Origin: a bacterium
GTDB lineage: Bacteria > B130-G9
Assembly: GCA_035527515.1 (NCBI GenBank)
Contig: DATLAJ010000057.1
Coordinates: 858 to 64,857 of the forward strand
Length of the DNA stretch: 64,000 nucleotides
Direction: 5' to 3'
Within the stretch, counting starts at the first letter, position 1, and each line of letters begins with the position of its first letter. The notes beneath the pieces are model-generated. The model was not told the DNA's origin. It saw nothing but the letters and a program-made list of their open reading frames with translations, and did no database searches. Of the stretch, positions 1-8,794 are shown in pieces. The position numbers were made by a program, and so were the translations under genes.

Positions 1-2096
1 CCGAGCCGTTTTTGGACAAGAACCTCAATGGTGAATACGACGCGGGCGAGCCGTTCACGGACCAGAGCGACAATGGTCAGTGGGACGACGCGGAGCCGTT
101 TGTTGACACCAATGGTGACGGCGTCCGCAATCCCGCGGAGCCGTTCATCGATGAGAATGGCAATAACGCCCGAGACCGCTGCGTATTCTATTTCGGCGGG
201 GACGACGGTCGGCTATACGCCATGTACAGCGAGATATGCGAGGAGCCTTACGTTGACCGTGACGGCAATGGCGAATACACTGATGGCGAGACCTTCATTG
301 ACTGGAACGGAAACGGCAAGTGGGACAGGGTCAGGATGAAATGGTCGGTCGCAACCGGAGGCAAGATCACTTCCTCGCCCGTCGTTAATGTGCAGGAGCC
401 TTTCTGTGACCTAAACGGCAACAACTGGCATGATGCCGGCGAGCCCTTCCTGGACGTTTTTCAGGACCTTCAGTGGAACCCTGGCAGCGAGGAACCATAT
501 CAGGACCTCAACCGCAATGGCCGCTTCGACGGCGACTTTCCCGAGCCTTACATGGACGGAAATCACAATGGAAGGCATGATGGTGTTATGGTCTATGTCG
601 GCTCCCACGATGGCCGCATCTATGGCGTGAGCCAATCAGGCAAGGTGATGTGGACTTACCGCACGGGCAGCTGGATCTCCTCTTCACCCGCCGTCAGCGT
701 GGACGGCAAGGTCGTCTATTGCGGCTCGGACGACCATTACCTCTACGCAATCGACGGGGCGAACGGGTATCTGATCTGGCGTCGGTATCTCGGAAGTCCT
801 GTGCACGCCTCGCCCGCGGTTGGCATAAACGGCAACATCTACATTGGCTCAGACAGCCCCGATAACCGGCTCTTTGCCTTCGCCCCCGACGGCTCTCTGC
901 TTTGGAGTCGCTCGGTTGGGACGTGGGTCCACTCCTCGCCGGCAATCAGCGTTTACGGCGACATCTATTGCGGGACGTATTACGACGGTCCCGGCCAAGA
1001 GCAGCCTTTAGGTAAGCTCTTCTCGGTTATGTCTAACGGGCGTGAATCGGGCTTTACGGAAGACCCGAACTTGCAGGGCATCACGTTGGGCAGCTGGGTT
1101 CAGTCGTCTCCGATGCTCGACGCGGACGGCAATATCTACATGATTGGGGGGGACAACACGGTCTTCTCGCTCTCGATGGATGGCGTCATCATAGGCAGGA
1201 TGTTCATCCCGACCGGCAGCGATCAGTTCCCCCAGAAGGGCGAATACTGGATACGGCCCACGCCGGCCATAGGTCCGGACAGAACGCTTTACGTCGGCTG
1301 CTGGGACGGTGTGATGTATGCTCTCCAGAGAGATATCTATCCATCATCCGACGAGCCCAACATCCTCATTGCCGGCTATATGGACAGCGAGGTCTCCGCA
1401 TCAGCTGATAGTGTGCTAAAAGTCCGAGCGCTTGTTACCGATCCTGAGAACAACGTTGTGAACGTCTGGGTTCTCTACGAGGGCATCGACCTGGGATGGA
1501 CGCTGGAGCGAGAGGGCTATGACGACGTAGCAGATGCGATGATCTTCTCTAGTGAGTTCGTAATTCCCGCATCTTGCATCGACGCGACCAAGGCCTATGC
1601 TCTTCAGCTTGTAGCAGAGGATGCGGTCGGCAACAGGAGCCAGATGTGGCCCAACTTCTTCATAACTAAGGAAGGCCATCTGCCAGCCAGCCTCGCACCG
1701 GATTGGCGGAGAACTCGCGCCATGGCGATCGAGGGCGCCGAATACACGCGCGCGGCCGGCGACTCAGCACCAATTGTCCTCATGGCCGGCAATCCGTACA
1801 GCAGGGTAACGTACGAGACCGGTGGGCGACTGTGCGTTGCGGCGCTCGTGACCGACCCCGATGGTATCTACGACATCGCCTCGGTAAGATGGAAGTATCA
1901 TCCACTTGGCGTGTCGCAAGGCGTCGATATCACGCCTTACGCGATTTATGGTCTCTACAAAGACGCGGTGCTCTACTACTACAGCCTCCAAATCAACCCT
2001 GGTGTTGAGCCGATCGCTCTGGAGAACTACATACTGGCGGTTGACAAGGAAGGACATGCGAGCACTCAGTTCCCCGCGATTACCGTTGTGCCGTAG
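1..2096 (+). CDS. Secreted PQQ-like beta-propeller repeat protein with Ca-binding D-x-N-G-N-G/EPF repeats. It is 5' partial because the ORF runs off the window start.
   Basis: The frame is open to position 1 and the upstream codons read EPF, continuing the repeats. Repeated DxNGNGxxDxxEPF motifs resemble thrombospondin type-3 Ca-binding loops. Multiple YAIDGANGYLIW...SSPAV propeller blades resemble PQQ_2/BamB repeats. Confidence 0.6.
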   Translation, partial: EPFLDKNLNGEYDAGEPFTDQSDNGQWDDAEPFVDTNGDGVRNPAEPFIDENGNNARDRCVFYFGGDDGRLYAMYSEICEEPYVDRDGNGEYTDGETFIDWNGNGKWDRVRMKWSVATGGKITSSPVVNVQEPFCDLNGNNWHDAGEPFLDVFQDLQWNPGSEEPYQDLNRNGRFDGDFPEPYMDGNHNGRHDGVMVYVGSHDGRIYGVSQSGKVMWTYRTGSWISSSPAVSVDGKVVYCGSDDHYLYAIDGANGYLIWRRYLGSPVHASPAVGINGNIYIGSDSPDNRLFAFAPDGSLLWSRSVGTWVHSSPAISVYGDIYCGTYYDGPGQEQPLGKLFSVMSNGRESGFTEDPNLQGITLGSWVQSSPMLDADGNIYMIGGDNTVFSLSMDGVIIGRMFIPTGSDQFPQKGEYWIRPTPAIGPDRTLYVGCWDGVMYALQRDIYPSSDEPNILIAGYMDSEVSASADSVLKVRALVTDPENNVVNVWVLYEGIDLGWTLEREGYDDVADAMIFSSEFVIPASCIDATKAYALQLVAEDAVGNRSQMWPNFFITKEGHLPASLAPDWRRTRAMAIEGAEYTRAAGDSAPIVLMAGNPYSRVTYETGGRLCVAALVTDPDGIYDIASVRWKYHPLGVSQGVDITPYAIYGLYKDAVLYYYSLQINPGVEPIALENYILAVDKEGHASTQFPAITVVP

Positions 2097-2213
2097 CTCT
2101 TTGCACAGCGGCGGCCGTGACATCAACAGGTGTGGCGAGGGTTGACTTCGCGATGACCGGCGCCTGAGGTTGACGGTTCAACGATTAGCTTATCACAATG
2201 GAGGAATGAGCCG

Positions 2214-5200
2214 ATGTGCAGAAATCGAGTTTTGATAGGTATGTTTTTTGTCCTCTTGCCGCTTGTGGTTTCTCTCGCCCAGCCCGCGCAAGTTGGCGAG
2301 TTTCGGGCGACTCAGGCAAGCGGGCCCCTGCTGGTGCAACAGAGTGCCCAAGACATTTTGGCAGACATTGATTGGAACGAGGTTATCTCAGAGCTAGACG
2401 CAGGCTTCGAGCAGGAGCCCCCCCTAACTCTCGACCCCGCCGATGTCCTCTGGTATTTCAAGGCTGGCAACTGGATCGCCTGCAAGCCGCTCGTTGATGC
2501 AGACGGCTCGGTCTATTTCGGCTCTGGCGACGGCAACTTCTACGCGCTCGACTCCTCTGGTAATGAAACTTGGAGATACAACGTAGGGGCGCCAATAGTC
2601 GCCGATCCAACCTTCGACAATCAGGACAGAATCATCTTCGGAGCGCTCGATGGCGCCCTTTACTGCCTCAATAAGGATGGCACGTTTGTCTTCAGCTACT
2701 GGACCGAGGGTCCCATCTTCTCTACGGCTTCCGTCGATCTTGAGGGGAACATCTACTTCGGGTCGGACGACTTCTATGTCTATAAACTGGATTCATCCGG
2801 CGAAATTCTTGGCAGATTTAAGACGGGCGGCTGGGTCGATAGCAGGCCGACGTTTCTCTCCGACGGCCGGCTTTCATTCTCCTCTTATGATGGTGTGGTC
2901 TATGTAGTTGATCAGGGTCTGAACGAGCTCGCAAGATACGAGACTGATACTTGGCTCACTCGCGCCTTCAGTGTGGGGAACGACGACACCATCTACGCCG
3001 GCGGGATGGACGGCGTCCTATACGCCGTCGATCCGTCGGGCGCTCTCAAGTGGGAATTCGATACCGGTCGGGCCATCTTCTCGTCTCCGGTCGTAGTGGA
3101 TACGGGCGTGTTCTTTGGCAGTAATGGGGGTGTTTTCTACAGCGTTGACGTCGTCTCTGGAAACCAGAGGTGGAGGTATAGCATCTCATCGATCGAGATC
3201 ATCTCGAGTCCGCCGGCTCTCGGACCAGACAGTGCCGTTTATTTCGGCGTAAGCAACCACAAGGTTTACGGCCTTTCGCTGGCTTCTGAGCCTCCATGGT
3301 CTTTCGATACAGGCGTTGAGATCGACGGGACTGCATTGACCGGCAAGCCTATCCTGGGTGGTATCACAATGACGGACGACGGCGTCGCCTACTTCGGGAA
3401 CTGTGGAGGTGTTCTCTTCGCGGTCGATACGAACATGAGACGAACCTCTTTCCCAGACCGCCACTCTTTGGATGCCTGCGCGTTCGGCGCCTCCCCCGCA
3501 CGACTCGAAAGGCTCACGGATTCTCCCGTTCACTTCGACGGAGTAGAAATGAAGCGTGGGCGCCGTCTGCCGTCTGCTGAGCCCAACGCGGTCGATATGG
3601 CTCTCAAGACGATGTGTATGAGCCGTAAGTCTCTCGACAGGCCGACGGAGGGTTACTACGGCCCGTATCCCTACATCGAGAAGTGCGTCCTGAGTATAAC
3701 TGAAGAGGTCCTTGACGACGCTTTCGCTGGGCCGCCTTTCGCCAAGGAACTTACCGATCAGATTATGTTCGCGGACCAGGAGCTGCAGGAATACGTCCTG
3801 ACGGCTGCGTCGCCGCTTGGCCCCACTGTCCTACCCGCCAACTACGACCACTTCCTTTCCGACACGCCGCTTCAGGACGCGATCGTTCAGATTTATAGCC
3901 GCAATCACGAGACGCTTTCGCCCTCGCAACGTGACGAGCTGGCCGCGCAGGCCGGTCACCTCTCTTTAGAGCTCCGCAAGGCGATGGCCATGGTTCTCTT
4001 CGCGATGAACGACGCCTCCGCTAGGCTGGACAGCGCTTTTGCCGGAGTTACGCCCAACATGAGGAGCCAGATATACACCAACGTCCTGAACGCCTACGCG
4101 CTCTGTTACTACAATGGCTCGTTCCTGAGCGGCGTGTTTGACGAATGGCTTGACCACGTTGACTTCGAGCAGCTCTTGAATGCTGGCGCTACGCTTCTGT
4201 CCGGCGTCAGGCGCGCCGAGGACTTCTTCGGCAGTGTCTATGACTCGTCAACCGAGCCGATTCTCTTCAGGTTCGACACTCCCATCGGCTTCGTCATGGT
4301 GGGTGGAGCTGGGGAGAACCTCTTCGACAGCACCACGAACGGCGTGCGCGAGAGGAATGCGCTTTTAGTCGATATCGGCGGAAACGATGTTTATTATGGC
4401 CGAACGGCCGGTGCGGCTGGGGATGATACTCCGATTTCCGTCAGCATCGACCTCTCAGGGGACGACACTTACGAATCGGCCAGCGACGGCTGCCAGGGGT
4501 GGGGGCTCTTCGGGATCGGCGTTCTGATAGATGCTTTCGGGGACGACACGTATATCGCGCAGAACCACTGCCAGGGCGCGTCCACATTCGGGATCGGTGT
4601 TCTTCAGGACATGTATGGTGATGACATCTTTCTGGGCAAGGAGATGTCCCAGGGCGCCGCCGCATGTGGAATCGGGCTTCTGAGCAACGAATCGGGCAAC
4701 GACATCTACTTCTCGCCCGAGTACAGCCAGGGCTTCGGGTTCACGTTTGGCTCAGGTGTCCTTCGCGACAGGGAGGGCGATGATTACTACTTCATCGGTG
4801 GCACCGATGTCGATTTCAGAGAGGGCACGGCCGGCCAGGAACGCTACGTCTGCATGGGTCAGGGCTTCGGATTCGGTCCGCGACGCGATGAAGAGGGTTG
4901 GCAAGGCGCGGGCGGCATCGGCATTCTCACGGATGGCGCTGGCAATGACTACTACCTCGGCGACTACTTCGCTCAAGGTTCTAGCTACTGGTTCTCGACA
5001 GGTATCCTCGACGACAAGGCCGGCGACGACGTCTATGTGGCGAGGCGCTATTCTATCGGCGCAGGTATCCACAACAGCGTCGGCATTCTCGTTGACGAGG
5101 CGGGCAACGACGAATACTGGAGCTGGATAGTTGGGATCGGTCACGGGCTCGACGCCTCGGTCGGCATTGTGGTTGACGTGATGGGCGACGATTACTACTC

Positions 5201-5474
5201 CGCCAAGGGCTGGTATGCTATGGGCCACGGGGGCGACGGCGTTGGCGTCCTGCTCGACAATGCCGGCAATGACCTCTATAGCCAGATCGATGTTGCGTGC
5301 CTGGGGTATGCCGGACCTTACGATAGAGGGCTTCGCCGGCCGCTTGGGATATTCATCGACGCCGATGGCGAAGACGCCTACACAACGAAGGGAAACAACA
5401 GGTGCTGGGTGGCGGATGAGACCGGCGTGGGCATTGACATGTCCGGCGGAGATACCGGCTGCCTGATGCCGTGA
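2214..5474 (+). CDS. Large secreted protein of 1086 aa. It has an N-terminal signal peptide, PQQ-like beta-propeller blades, and a C-terminal domain of ~13 degenerate ~22-aa repeats ending in G[DN]DxY.
   Basis: The hydrophobic N-terminus MFFVLLPLVVSLAQPA reads as a signal peptide. Blades have the form YFGSxDGxxYAxD...W...SSP. Residues ~720-1080 show periodic GxGxLxDxxG(D/N)DxY(Y/F). An RBS-like ggagg lies upstream. Confidence 0.6.
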   Translation: MCRNRVLIGMFFVLLPLVVSLAQPAQVGEFRATQASGPLLVQQSAQDILADIDWNEVISELDAGFEQEPPLTLDPADVLWYFKAGNWIACKPLVDADGSVYFGSGDGNFYALDSSGNETWRYNVGAPIVADPTFDNQDRIIFGALDGALYCLNKDGTFVFSYWTEGPIFSTASVDLEGNIYFGSDDFYVYKLDSSGEILGRFKTGGWVDSRPTFLSDGRLSFSSYDGVVYVVDQGLNELARYETDTWLTRAFSVGNDDTIYAGGMDGVLYAVDPSGALKWEFDTGRAIFSSPVVVDTGVFFGSNGGVFYSVDVVSGNQRWRYSISSIEIISSPPALGPDSAVYFGVSNHKVYGLSLASEPPWSFDTGVEIDGTALTGKPILGGITMTDDGVAYFGNCGGVLFAVDTNMRRTSFPDRHSLDACAFGASPARLERLTDSPVHFDGVEMKRGRRLPSAEPNAVDMALKTMCMSRKSLDRPTEGYYGPYPYIEKCVLSITEEVLDDAFAGPPFAKELTDQIMFADQELQEYVLTAASPLGPTVLPANYDHFLSDTPLQDAIVQIYSRNHETLSPSQRDELAAQAGHLSLELRKAMAMVLFAMNDASARLDSAFAGVTPNMRSQIYTNVLNAYALCYYNGSFLSGVFDEWLDHVDFEQLLNAGATLLSGVRRAEDFFGSVYDSSTEPILFRFDTPIGFVMVGGAGENLFDSTTNGVRERNALLVDIGGNDVYYGRTAGAAGDDTPISVSIDLSGDDTYESASDGCQGWGLFGIGVLIDAFGDDTYIAQNHCQGASTFGIGVLQDMYGDDIFLGKEMSQGAAACGIGLLSNESGNDIYFSPEYSQGFGFTFGSGVLRDREGDDYYFIGGTDVDFREGTAGQERYVCMGQGFGFGPRRDEEGWQGAGGIGILTDGAGNDYYLGDYFAQGSSYWFSTGILDDKAGDDVYVARRYSIGAGIHNSVGILVDEAGNDEYWSWIVGIGHGLDASVGIVVDVMGDDYYSAKGWYAMGHGGDGVGVLLDNAGNDLYSQIDVACLGYAGPYDRGLRRPLGIFIDADGEDAYTTKGNNRCWVADETGVGIDMSGGDTGCLMP

Positions 5475-5544
5475 ATCGCCCTTCGGTGTTTAGGTGCTCA
5501 AGTCCCATCTCTGGTGCTTGCGAAGATAAGAAGGAGCTGACGCT

Positions 5545-6747
5545 ATGAAACAAGAAAGCCCGTTCACACCGGGTAGCCCGGTGCCCTATGAGTTCTTCGT
5601 TGGTCGGCAAAAGGAGATTGAAGAGATCCTCACCTCTGTCAGGCGGGCTGCATCCGGGAGGCAGCAGAACGTTTTCTTGGTCGGCGAAAGAGGGATAGGT
5701 AAGAGCTCGCTTGCCCACTACGTGAGAGACCTGGCTGTCAAACAGTACAACTTCCTGACCGTTCACGTTCTCTTGGGCGGAGTAACTACTCTAGAAGAAC
5801 TTGTCCGGAGGGTGTTCGAGCGAATCGCTAATGAAGCTCATGCTCGACGCTGGTTCGAGAAGATTAGCGATGTATTCGGGGGCCGCATACAACAAGTGGG
5901 GTTTTTTGCCGTTTCCCTAGGTTTCAATGCACCCGAGAGTGATCTATCTCACCTGGTTAGAGATTTTCCGGAGGCTATCAACAAAATCAACGAGAAGATA
6001 AAAGATAAAATAAAGGGCATTCTTGTCGTTCTGGACGACATAAACGGGATTTGCAAGAAGGACGATTTCGCAAATTGGTACAAAAGCTGTGTGGACCACA
6101 TAGCGCTCCATTATAGGGGTTTCCCCGTGCTCATCATGCCGGTCGCGATACCGGAGATCAGACTCAGGCTAGGGGAACAACAGCCTTCGCTTATGAGAGT
6201 TTTCAAGGTGGTGGAGATAGAAGGACTCTCTGATGATGAGGTGAGAGCCTTTTTAACGAGAGCATTTGAGAGTGTCGGCGTCAAGGCATCCAGCGAAGTG
6301 ATTGGGGTGATGGTCTCCTATTCAGGTGGGCTACCGATTGTCATGCAGGAGATCGGCGACGCCGTATTCACGGCGAACAAGGATGATCTCATAGACGAAG
6401 ACGACTCAATAAAGGGACTGATGACCGCCGCCGAGACAATGGGGCAGAAGTATCTCGAGCCGAGGGTCTATCAAGCAATTCGTAGCAAGCGTTATCGCTC
6501 AATCTTGCGAAAACTGGGGAGCCTGCGTCCCTTGGCCCATTTCAAGAAAGCAGAGATTCAAAGTAAGCTGAATGTAGATGAGAAGAAGGTTCTCCATAAC
6601 TTTCTGAGAAGGATGAGAGAATTAGGCGTCGTTCTTCAGGATAAGGAAAGGGAACGAGGCTGGTATAAGTTCACGAACCCTCTTTATCCGCTTTACATCT
6701 CGATGGAAGGAATCCGCTACCGCGAGCGCCCCCGGAATAGGAGATAA
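5545..6747 (+). CDS. P-loop NTPase (AAA+ / archaeal-type ATPase-like) with a C-terminal winged-helix-like region.
   Basis: Walker A is LVGERGIGKSSLAHYV and Walker B-like is ILVVLDDINGI. The gene is visibly AT-richer than its neighbours, and a GGAG RBS lies upstream. Confidence 0.5.
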   Translation: MKQESPFTPGSPVPYEFFVGRQKEIEEILTSVRRAASGRQQNVFLVGERGIGKSSLAHYVRDLAVKQYNFLTVHVLLGGVTTLEELVRRVFERIANEAHARRWFEKISDVFGGRIQQVGFFAVSLGFNAPESDLSHLVRDFPEAINKINEKIKDKIKGILVVLDDINGICKKDDFANWYKSCVDHIALHYRGFPVLIMPVAIPEIRLRLGEQQPSLMRVFKVVEIEGLSDDEVRAFLTRAFESVGVKASSEVIGVMVSYSGGLPIVMQEIGDAVFTANKDDLIDEDDSIKGLMTAAETMGQKYLEPRVYQAIRSKRYRSILRKLGSLRPLAHFKKAEIQSKLNVDEKKVLHNFLRRMRELGVVLQDKERERGWYKFTNPLYPLYISMEGIRYRERPRNRR

Positions 6748-6907
6748 TAGAGCAAAATGTCCATCACAGAGACACAGAGAGCACAGAGAAGAACCTAGCA
6801 GATCATGCAGCTGGCATCATGTTCTCTGAGCCTTTTGCGTTCATTAGTGGCGGCGCTCTCTTTCCTCTCTGCGCCCCTGTGGCGCAGGCTCAGAAATTGA
6901 AGGCATC

Positions 6908-7219
6908 TTGACTGAGGCGGCGAGAACGGGGTATAACCGAGGCGTGGAAGTCAGCGACGTCAGGGTTTATCCGTTCGAGTCTAAAGAGGGAGCGAGCCAG
7001 GTTCACGCCTACGCGGATGTAACCTTTGACGGGGAGCTCTTGGTCAAGGGCTTCAAGGTGGTGATCAAGCCCAATGGGGCGCTGTTCGTGGGCTATCCCT
7101 CCGCGAGGCAGCAGGGCGGCGAGTTTGTGCCGACCGTGGCCGCGCTTTCGCCCGAGCTGAGGAGCAAGATACGCGAGGCTGTCGTGGCCAAGTACAGGGA
7201 GTATTTTCCGAAGGAGTAG
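6908..7219 (+). CDS. spoVG: SpoVG family protein.
   Basis: The sequence DVRVYPFE...HAYADVTFDGELLVKGFKVVIKPNGALFVGYPSARQQGGEFVPTVAALSPELRSKIREAVVAKY matches the conserved SpoVG core (ITLD..FVIHDIRVI.G.NGLFVAMPS.R...GEF.DI.HPI....R..I). Confidence 0.8.
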   Translation: MTEAARTGYNRGVEVSDVRVYPFESKEGASQVHAYADVTFDGELLVKGFKVVIKPNGALFVGYPSARQQGGEFVPTVAALSPELRSKIREAVVAKYREYFPKE

Positions 7220-7297
7220 GCAATGCGCTGGCGCAGGCTAACGTCGAAAACAGATTGTGGGACGAGGTTTTAAGCACGGCTTGGAGGGTGAGGTGCC

Positions 7298-7666
7298 ATG
7301 TTCGAGTTGACCGTCAGGAGCTCGTTTGCGGCGGCCCATCGATTGCGGGAATACGACGGCAAGTGCGAGAACCTGCACGGGCATAACTGGGTGGTCGAGG
7401 TGCGGGTGCGGGCAGAATCGCTGAACGACATTGGGCTTGCGATAGACTTCAAGGACCTCAAGGCTGCGACTGACGCGGTTTTGGACCGCTTGGACCACAA
7501 GCTCCTAAACGATGTTGAGCCGTTCAAAGAGATGAACCCCTCAAGCGAGAACATCGCTCGGTGGATTTTTGAGTCTCTGAAGGAGCGTTTAGGCGGCCTA
7601 GTCGTCGGCCTGCGAGAGGTCTCGGTCTGGGAGAACCCCAATTGCTGCGCTACGTATTGGGAATGA
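7298..7666 (+). CDS. queD: 6-carboxy-5,6,7,8-tetrahydropterin synthase (QueD / PTPS family).
   Basis: It carries the CENLHGHNW zinc-binding CxxxHGH signature and the FAAAHRL motif. The length of 122 aa is typical. Confidence 0.8.
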   Translation: MFELTVRSSFAAAHRLREYDGKCENLHGHNWVVEVRVRAESLNDIGLAIDFKDLKAATDAVLDRLDHKLLNDVEPFKEMNPSSENIARWIFESLKERLGGLVVGLREVSVWENPNCCATYWE

Positions 7667-7667
7667 G

Positions 7668-8777
7668 ATGATGCACGAGGGCGCCCGCGAGTTGGACGAA
7701 AGGGCGATCCAGAGCTTCTTTTTCCGCTACCCTCAGATAGTCGAGTCGTTCCTTGTGAAAAAGCACCTGCCAGTCTCGGGCCTTGAGGCCACAAGGTGCG
7801 AAGACGCGTGCGCCTCAGGTAGAGTTGACCTTGCCTTCAGACAGAGAGCGAGCAACTCGATGGTTCTATTGGAGCTGCAATTGGGCCGCGCCAACAGGGA
7901 CCACTACGACCGGCTCGCCTCGTACGTCAACGACTACTCGGAGCGCTTCTCGTTCTCGCGGGTGATCGGCGTTCACTTTGCCGAGGCGTTTCCCAAAACG
8001 CTCCCTCGTTACAGCCCTCCGCTTTACAGGGTTCGTTTTGCCCCGAGCAAAGTGGCGAGACTGGCCGAGGAGCTCCAGGCCCAGGAGGAGAGGCTCTTGG
8101 GACTGAGTTGCCCAAAGCCGCCCGTCTCTGCCTTTGCCAGACTCTCATACCTCAACGGGTTCTTCGCATTTATGAGGAAGCGCACGTTCGCCACGTTCCG
8201 CGAGGTGGTCGAAAACGTTGCGAACCTCGCCAAGAACCCTCGTCAGATACGCAATCCCGAATACCGCGCGCGGCTCTGGGTGAAGTTTGGGGAGAGTTTT
8301 GGGCTTCTGATTCGGCAAGAGGGCAGGATAGTGCTGACGGAGCTGGGGAGGGCATACGCCGCCTCGCTGGACGCCTCGTTCCCGTGGGCGCTCACGGCTC
8401 GGCAGAGGCGGATACTGATCGCCGGGCTCTCTGCCGCTCGCTGCACAAACGGCCACAAGTTTGGCATTTTCTGCATCCTGAAAGCTGCGGAGCAATCGGA
8501 GGAGAGGGCGCTCGAGACGGCTGATTCGCAGATGCAGAGCTTCGTGTCGTTCTGCCGCTCCAGTCGCCGATGGGTGAGAGTCTCGCAGCGTGCGTCGTTT
8601 GTTTGGTATGGCAATTACGCTAGGGAGTTGGGGCTTTGCCCGGACAGCGGACTTTCGGGCGCAAGGCTTCAGCTGACCGCGTTCGGGCGAGAGGTCCTTG
8701 CGCTATTCTCGAGGCAGTTTGCGGCGTTTGAGATGGAGCGGCGATTGCTTTTGAGAGGGACAGGCGGTATCCTTTGA
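7668..8777 (+). CDS. Hypothetical protein with a possible PD-(D/E)xK-like nuclease fold at its N-terminus.
   Basis: This is a 369-aa ORF in the coding frame directly upstream of the array. The N-terminal GRVDLAF...VLLELQLG pattern loosely resembles restriction-endonuclease-like motifs. I could assign no confident family. Confidence 0.3.
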   Translation: MMHEGARELDERAIQSFFFRYPQIVESFLVKKHLPVSGLEATRCEDACASGRVDLAFRQRASNSMVLLELQLGRANRDHYDRLASYVNDYSERFSFSRVIGVHFAEAFPKTLPRYSPPLYRVRFAPSKVARLAEELQAQEERLLGLSCPKPPVSAFARLSYLNGFFAFMRKRTFATFREVVENVANLAKNPRQIRNPEYRARLWVKFGESFGLLIRQEGRIVLTELGRAYAASLDASFPWALTARQRRILIAGLSAARCTNGHKFGIFCILKAAEQSEERALETADSQMQSFVSFCRSSRRWVRVSQRASFVWYGNYARELGLCPDSGLSGARLQLTAFGREVLALFSRQFAAFEMERRLLLRGTGGIL

Positions 8778-8794
8778 GTAGGATGAGGCACAAC

